This document shows positions 58,475 through 64,000 of a DNA stretch of 64,000 bases, piece by piece. The stretch lies in the NCBI GenBank assembly GCA_036846365.1, contig DAIUCC010000008.1, forward strand, positions 12,922 to 76,921. Direction: 5' to 3'. The DNA is from Anaerolineales bacterium. Lineage in GTDB: Bacteria; Chloroflexota; Anaerolineae; Anaerolineales; Villigracilaceae. A program made the translations under genes and the position numbers. A model generated the notes under the pieces. That model made no database searches. It was not told the origin of the DNA and saw nothing but the letters and a program-made list of their open reading frames with translations. The first letter of the stretch is position 1, and each line of letters opens with the position of its first letter.

Positions 58475-61400
58475 ATGTCTCGACAGGATGACGAAGCGAT
58501 GCCCTCCAATTCCAAGACATCCCGTAAGAATGCCAGACAGGGTAACATCCTCCATCAGCATTACCTCGAAAAAATGGACCTGGTCAACCGGGCCATGCAG
58601 GGGAAGAGCGATTTGGGACAGGTAATGCAGGATGTGCTCGACAGCCTGCTCGTGGTCTTTGAGTGTGACCGCGCCTGGCTGGTCTATCCGTGCGACCCGG
58701 AGTCTCCCACCTGGCAGGTGCCCATGGAACGGACCCGCCCGGAGTACCCGGGCGTGCTCCCCATCGGAGTGGAGTTGCCGCTTGACCCGGTCGGAGCCGA
58801 GGTCTATCGCATCCTGCGCGAGACAGACGGCCCGGTCCAATTCAGCCCGGGCGGGGAACATCCCGTCCCACGCGAGATGGCCGAGGGGTTCCAGGTGCAA
58901 TCCTTCCTTGCCATGGCGTTCTACCCAAGGATCGGAAAGCCCTGGTCGTTCGGGTTGCATCAATGTTCATACGCACGAATCTGGGACGAGGAGGATAAAC
59001 GGCTGTTTCAGGAAATTGGCAGACGTCTCTCCGACGTTCTGACCAGCCTGCTCGCTTATCAGAATCTTGAAGCGAGCGAGCAAGAGCTCAAGCACCTGAT
59101 CGATTCTTCGCCCGTTGCCATGCTGGTGTCCTCAGGCGCGGATGAACATGTCGAATGGATCAATAACAAATTCGTCGAACTGTTTGGCTACACCATCGAG
59201 GACATGCCTGATGTGGAACATTGGTGGCCGCTGGCCTATCCCGACCCGGAATATCGAAAGATGCTGGAGGCCGAGTGGCATGACAGGGTCACAAAAGCCA
59301 TCGAAGGACGGGGACAGATCGACCCGGTGGAGGCGGATGTCACCTGCAAGGATGGTTCCCTGCGGCACATCGAATTCCGCATGTCTTCCATCGGAGAGAA
59401 ACATCTCATCACTTTCATGGACCTTACTGAACACAAGCGCATGGAGGAGGCGGTACGGGCATCCGAGGCGGAATTGCGCACCCTGATCAGCGCGATGACG
59501 GATGTCATCTTCGTGGGAAATTCGGAGGGGCGTTACCTGAAAATCATCGAAACCAATCCGTCGCTTTTATATAAACCATCGCAGGACCTGCTGGGGAAAA
59601 CACTGCACGAGGTTTTCCCAAAAGACCAGGCGGATTTCTTTCTCAACCACCTGAGAGAGGCGCTTGCCACCCAAAAATCGGTCAATTTCGAATACAGCTT
59701 ATCGATTGACGATAAAAAAATGTGGTTCTACGCCACTGCCACGCCAATATCAGATGATCAAACCTTGATGGTGGCCAGGGACATTACGTCTCGCAAACTT
59801 GCCGAAGAGGCATTGCAAGAACGGGAGCGTCATTCACAATCCTTGCTGCGGCTCTCCAAGCGGCTGGAACAGGCTCAAACATACACGGAGGTATTGAACG
59901 CAGCGCACGACGAAGTGCGATCTATCATCGGATATCAGAACTTGTGGGTATACCTGCTGACGGAGGATAGGAAATACGCGCACGCTCTGGTTTCCGATGG
60001 AGTGATCCCGGATACTGTGATGTCTGAGGAATGGGCAGCCACGCTATCCATCCAGGGAGATCGGATGCTCGAAGAGATTGCAGAAGCAAAGGATATCGTC
60101 GTAGTCGAGGATGCGCGAACCGACGAGCGAACCAACAAGGAGATCGTTGCGCAAATCGGGAATCGCACCATCGTCAATGTTCCTATTTTTTTCTTTGAAA
60201 AACACCTGGGCTCGGTTGGCATGGGCACCTTCGGTAGTGAGGGCGTGCGTGTTCCTAGTGAGTCAGAAAAGGAATACCTTAAAGCCATGGCCAGCCACAT
60301 GGCGGTTTCGCTGGATCGGGTCCATCTCCTCAACGAGCGCAAGCGGGCCGAGGAATCGCTAAGGGATAGTGAGGAAAAATATCGTCTATTACATGAACAT
60401 GCCGGGGTTGGGATCGGATACTACAAACCCAATGGAGAGATCATTTCATTTAATCAGATGGCCGCCCGCCACATGGGCGGGAGCCCTGAAGATTTCAATG
60501 AGAAATCCATTTATGATATCTTTCCAAAACAGGAAGCTGATTTCTACATGGATAGAATCAAGCAGTCCCTGACATCTGAGACGGCGTTTGAATATGAGGA
60601 CCACTTAACTCTGCCATCAGGCGAAAAATGGTTTCTGAGTCTTTTTGCGAAGATAAGCGATATACAAGGGAATATCGTCGGTGTGCAGATTATCAGCCAG
60701 GACATCACCGAGCGCAAACGGGCCGAGGAGGAGGAACATCGTTTGAACCGGGAACTGCGCGCCATCAGCAACTGCAACCAGACCTTGATGCGGGCAGTGG
60801 ATGAACAAACGCTCCTGAACGATATTTGCAGGATCGTCTGCGACGAGGCTGGGTATCGCCTAGCCTGGGTGGGCTACGCAGAACACGATGAGGCCAGGTC
60901 CATCCGCCCGGTCGCCTGGGATGGGGCGAATAGCGATTTCATCTCCGACATCCAGCTCTCCTGGGCAGACAACACGGAGAATGGCAGTGGAGCGACCGGG
61001 GTCGCGATACGCAGCGGAGAGGCCGTCTACATTCAGGACATTTCCACTGACCCGCGCACGGCCCCATGGCGTGAACTTCTCCTGGGATACGGATACCGCT
61101 CCAACATCGCATTGCCTCTCAAGGACGATAAAGCGAATGTCTTCGGGGTTATGGGAATCTACTCCGAAGAGGTCAATGCCTTCACACCGGGCGAAATCCG
61201 CCTGCTGGAGGAATTGGCCGGCGACCTGGCCTTTGGCATCACCACCCTGCGCACCCGCGCCAGGCGCAGACAGGCGGAGGCGGAACTTCGGGCCAGCGAA
61301 GAACGTTTCCGTACCTTTGTGGAGAAAGCCAACGACATCGTATACACCATTTCCCCAGATGGCGTTTTCACCTACATCTCTCCCAATTGGAAAGAAATCC

Positions 61401-64000
61401 TGGGGCATGAAACCAGCGAAGTGGAAGGTCAATTATTTGAAGCCTTTATCCACCCCGATGACCTTGCTGCATGTCGGGATGTCTTGAGACGGGCCATTCA
61501 CAACAGCGAAAAAATCTCGGGCATCGAATATCGGGTCAAGCACAAGGATGGAAGCTGGCGCTGGCACACGTCGAATGCCTCGGTCCTCCGCGATGCAGAC
61601 AATAACATGGTGTCTTATCTTGGCATTGCGCGTGATATCACCGAGAAGAAGCGGGTGGAAGAGGCGTTATGGAAATCATCGCAGATGTGGAAGCTGGCCC
61701 TGGAAAATATGCCTGCCTTCGTGTTTTGGAAGGACCGCCATAGCGTCTATCTGGGCTGCAACTATTTATTTGCGGCAAATGCAGGCTTGGAATCCATCGA
61801 GGACATTGTTGGGCTGACCGACTTCGATCTGCCGTGGAAAAATACAGAGGCGGAGAGTTACCGGGCTGACGACCGCCTGGTCATGGAAACCGGCCTTCCG
61901 AAGCTCAATTATGAAGAGACGCAACTGACGGCGGATGGCCGCGTCACCAATGTGCGCACCAGCAAGATCCCACTCCGGGGGCTCGACGGAGAGATCATTG
62001 GAGTGCTGGGCACGTTCGAGGATATCACCGAACGAAAGCAGATGGAGCAGGACTTGATTGCTCGCGAACGGGAATACCGGGTCTTGCTCGAAAACATCCC
62101 GGATTTGATCGTACGCTATGACAAGGATTTACGCCGAATCTATGTGAATCCTGCCTGGGAAAAAGCAAGCGGCCTGTCAGCCGATGAGGTAATCGGCATC
62201 CATCCACGCGACGTACCCAGGGTCCCTGCTCCAATGAACAATCAATATTTCAAAAAACTTCAGCAGGCCTTAAGCGATGGAATTGTTCAGACCGTGGAAT
62301 TCACCTGGGTGAATGCTTACGGAGCGGCTCTTTCCCTGGAATATATTATCGTGCCGGAATTCGATCAGCACGGGAACATCAACGGGGCCTTGTCAGTAGG
62401 ACGCGATATTACCGAGCGAAAGCACCACGAACGCGAACGCGAGGTCATCGTCGTTGTCAGCGCCGCCCTGCGCAAGGCCACTACCCGTACCGAAATCCTG
62501 AACGTAATTCTCGACCAGTTGGTCAGTCTGTTCGATGCAGATGGCGCCACCCTTGTCCTGCCCAATGCCAGGACGGGCGGTTACGTCGACGAGATGGGGC
62601 GTGGAATCATTGGGGAACGAATGATCGGGCTGAGCATCCCGCCGGGCAAGGGCGTCTGCAACTGGGTCATCCAGAACAGGCAACCCTACATGACCAACCA
62701 TGCCGACCAGGATGAGCACTTCTACCGTCCCGATTTGCTGGGCGACTCGCGCTGCATTGCGGCGGTTCCGCTCATCGCCCGCGATCTGGTCATCGGGGCA
62801 CTCTGGATCGCCCGCCAGGCCGAAATCACCGAACAGGATTTGCGTCTGCTGAATGCCATCGCCGACATTGCGGCCAACGCCATTCACCGCGTCATCCTCA
62901 ACGAGCAGACCGAGCAACAACTACATCACCTGACCGCCCTGCATCAGATCGACGTGGCCATCACCACCAACTTCGACCTGAACGTCACGCTCAATCTCAT
63001 TCTTTCCAATGTACGGGAGGAATTGGAGGTCGACGCAGCCAGCGTCCTGCTGCTGGACCCCGTGACCCACACGCTCGATTACGCCTCCGGGCTGGGATTC
63101 CACACCCGCAACATCGAGCGTTCCCACGTCGGAATCGGGGTCGGTTGTGCCGGGCGCGCCGCACTCGAATACCGCACCATCTGCTGCCGCGACCTGACCG
63201 ATCAAAGCGGACCCTTCAGCCGGTCCTCGCTTTTAGCGGGGGAAGGCTTCGAGGTACATTACGCCACCCCGTTGGTCGTCAAGGGGCAGGTCAAAGGTGT
63301 GCTGGAGGTCTTCCACCGCAGGGGTTTCGATCCCAACACGGAATGGATCGATTATTTCGAAACCCTTGCCACCCAGGCTGCCATCGCCATCGAGAGCGCG
63401 TCCCTCATGGAGAATCTGCAACGCTCCAACTCCGAATTGATGCTGGCCTACGACGCCACCATCGAGGGCTGGTCCCGCGCCCTCGACCTGCGCGACCGGG
63501 AAACGGAGGGTCACACCCAACGCGTGGCGGACATGGCCTTGAAACTGGCCGAACGCATGGGCATGAGCAACGGCGAAAAACAGGATTTGTGGCGCGGCGC
63601 TCTGCTGCACGACATCGGAAAGATGGGCATACCCGACGCGATCCTGCACAAACCTGGGAAACTCACCGACCCTGAATGGGAGATCATGCGGCAACATCCC
63701 GTGTATGCCTACAACATGCTGGCCCCCATCACCTATCTGCGACATGCCCTGGACATCTCCTATTGTCATCACGAAAAATGGGACGGCAGCGGATATCCGC
63801 GCGGGCTGAAAGGCGAAGAGATTCCGCTGACCGCGCGTGTGTTCGCCGTGGTGGATGTCTTCGATGCGCTCACCTCCGACCGTCCTTATCGCAAGGCCTG
63901 GTCGAAGGAAAAGGTGTATGAATACATTCGGGAACAGGCGGGGAAACAATTCGACCCGAAAATTGTGAGCGTCTTCCTCGAAAGCAAGTTGGCGGAATAA
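58475..64000 (+). CDS. multi-PAS/GAF sensor with C-terminal HD-GYP phosphodiesterase domain (1841 aa)
   Basis: Repeated PAS modules (ITERK/ITSRK/ITEKK boundaries), GAF domains, C-terminal HDIGKMGIP...HHEKWDGSGYPRGL. Confidence 0.85.
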   Translation: MSRQDDEAMPSNSKTSRKNARQGNILHQHYLEKMDLVNRAMQGKSDLGQVMQDVLDSLLVVFECDRAWLVYPCDPESPTWQVPMERTRPEYPGVLPIGVELPLDPVGAEVYRILRETDGPVQFSPGGEHPVPREMAEGFQVQSFLAMAFYPRIGKPWSFGLHQCSYARIWDEEDKRLFQEIGRRLSDVLTSLLAYQNLEASEQELKHLIDSSPVAMLVSSGADEHVEWINNKFVELFGYTIEDMPDVEHWWPLAYPDPEYRKMLEAEWHDRVTKAIEGRGQIDPVEADVTCKDGSLRHIEFRMSSIGEKHLITFMDLTEHKRMEEAVRASEAELRTLISAMTDVIFVGNSEGRYLKIIETNPSLLYKPSQDLLGKTLHEVFPKDQADFFLNHLREALATQKSVNFEYSLSIDDKKMWFYATATPISDDQTLMVARDITSRKLAEEALQERERHSQSLLRLSKRLEQAQTYTEVLNAAHDEVRSIIGYQNLWVYLLTEDRKYAHALVSDGVIPDTVMSEEWAATLSIQGDRMLEEIAEAKDIVVVEDARTDERTNKEIVAQIGNRTIVNVPIFFFEKHLGSVGMGTFGSEGVRVPSESEKEYLKAMASHMAVSLDRVHLLNERKRAEESLRDSEEKYRLLHEHAGVGIGYYKPNGEIISFNQMAARHMGGSPEDFNEKSIYDIFPKQEADFYMDRIKQSLTSETAFEYEDHLTLPSGEKWFLSLFAKISDIQGNIVGVQIISQDITERKRAEEEEHRLNRELRAISNCNQTLMRAVDEQTLLNDICRIVCDEAGYRLAWVGYAEHDEARSIRPVAWDGANSDFISDIQLSWADNTENGSGATGVAIRSGEAVYIQDISTDPRTAPWRELLLGYGYRSNIALPLKDDKANVFGVMGIYSEEVNAFTPGEIRLLEELAGDLAFGITTLRTRARRRQAEAELRASEERFRTFVEKANDIVYTISPDGVFTYISPNWKEILGHETSEVEGQLFEAFIHPDDLAACRDVLRRAIHNSEKISGIEYRVKHKDGSWRWHTSNASVLRDADNNMVSYLGIARDITEKKRVEEALWKSSQMWKLALENMPAFVFWKDRHSVYLGCNYLFAANAGLESIEDIVGLTDFDLPWKNTEAESYRADDRLVMETGLPKLNYEETQLTADGRVTNVRTSKIPLRGLDGEIIGVLGTFEDITERKQMEQDLIAREREYRVLLENIPDLIVRYDKDLRRIYVNPAWEKASGLSADEVIGIHPRDVPRVPAPMNNQYFKKLQQALSDGIVQTVEFTWVNAYGAALSLEYIIVPEFDQHGNINGALSVGRDITERKHHEREREVIVVVSAALRKATTRTEILNVILDQLVSLFDADGATLVLPNARTGGYVDEMGRGIIGERMIGLSIPPGKGVCNWVIQNRQPYMTNHADQDEHFYRPDLLGDSRCIAAVPLIARDLVIGALWIARQAEITEQDLRLLNAIADIAANAIHRVILNEQTEQQLHHLTALHQIDVAITTNFDLNVTLNLILSNVREELEVDAASVLLLDPVTHTLDYASGLGFHTRNIERSHVGIGVGCAGRAALEYRTICCRDLTDQSGPFSRSSLLAGEGFEVHYATPLVVKGQVKGVLEVFHRRGFDPNTEWIDYFETLATQAAIAIESASLMENLQRSNSELMLAYDATIEGWSRALDLRDRETEGHTQRVADMALKLAERMGMSNGEKQDLWRGALLHDIGKMGIPDAILHKPGKLTDPEWEIMRQHPVYAYNMLAPITYLRHALDISYCHHEKWDGSGYPRGLKGEEIPLTARVFAVVDVFDALTSDRPYRKAWSKEKVYEYIREQAGKQFDPKIVSVFLESKLAE

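Overview
This is a 64-kb stretch of a high-GC bacterial chromosome carrying mostly housekeeping genes. Gene content and frequent -10-only (leaderless-type) 'TATAATCC' promoters are compatible with Chloroflexota, but that assignment is a low-confidence inference. Genes I recognise include ogt, panC, ssb, cysS, moaA, proC, ppc, rsmI, clpC, a malic enzyme, adenosine deaminase, a flotillin, an InhA-type M6 protease and a giant PAS/GAF/HD-GYP sensor. I found no rRNA, tRNA, CRISPR array, transposase or integrase by eye.

The main finding is an AT-rich island (~36.5-42.7 kb) between two high-GC core genes. It is organised as an integron-type gene-cassette array without an integrase in the window (CALIN-like). 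Compact single-gene units all lie on the minus strand. Each is followed by a ~107-131 bp repeat that starts with RYYYAAC and ends with GTTRRRY, as attC sites do. I count four intact and at least one degenerate copy. The cargo includes a UppS-like cis-prenyltransferase, an NAD-dependent epimerase, an SDR, a DHFR-like reductase, an HExxH protein and unknowns.

Secondary observations:
- A DsbA/FrnE-family gene carries an in-frame TGA exactly at the first active-site Cys (UxxC: either a selenoprotein candidate or a pseudogene).
- A DnaQ-like exonuclease is fused to a WYL domain.
- An isolated AT-rich gene sits inside a GC-rich operon.
- A promoter plus terminator/attenuator leader precedes an aminotransferase gene.
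- Twin palindromic elements flank the yeiH-lysR module.

Coordinates of starts were derived by codon arithmetic from the supplied ORF track. GC statements are by-eye estimates, not computed.
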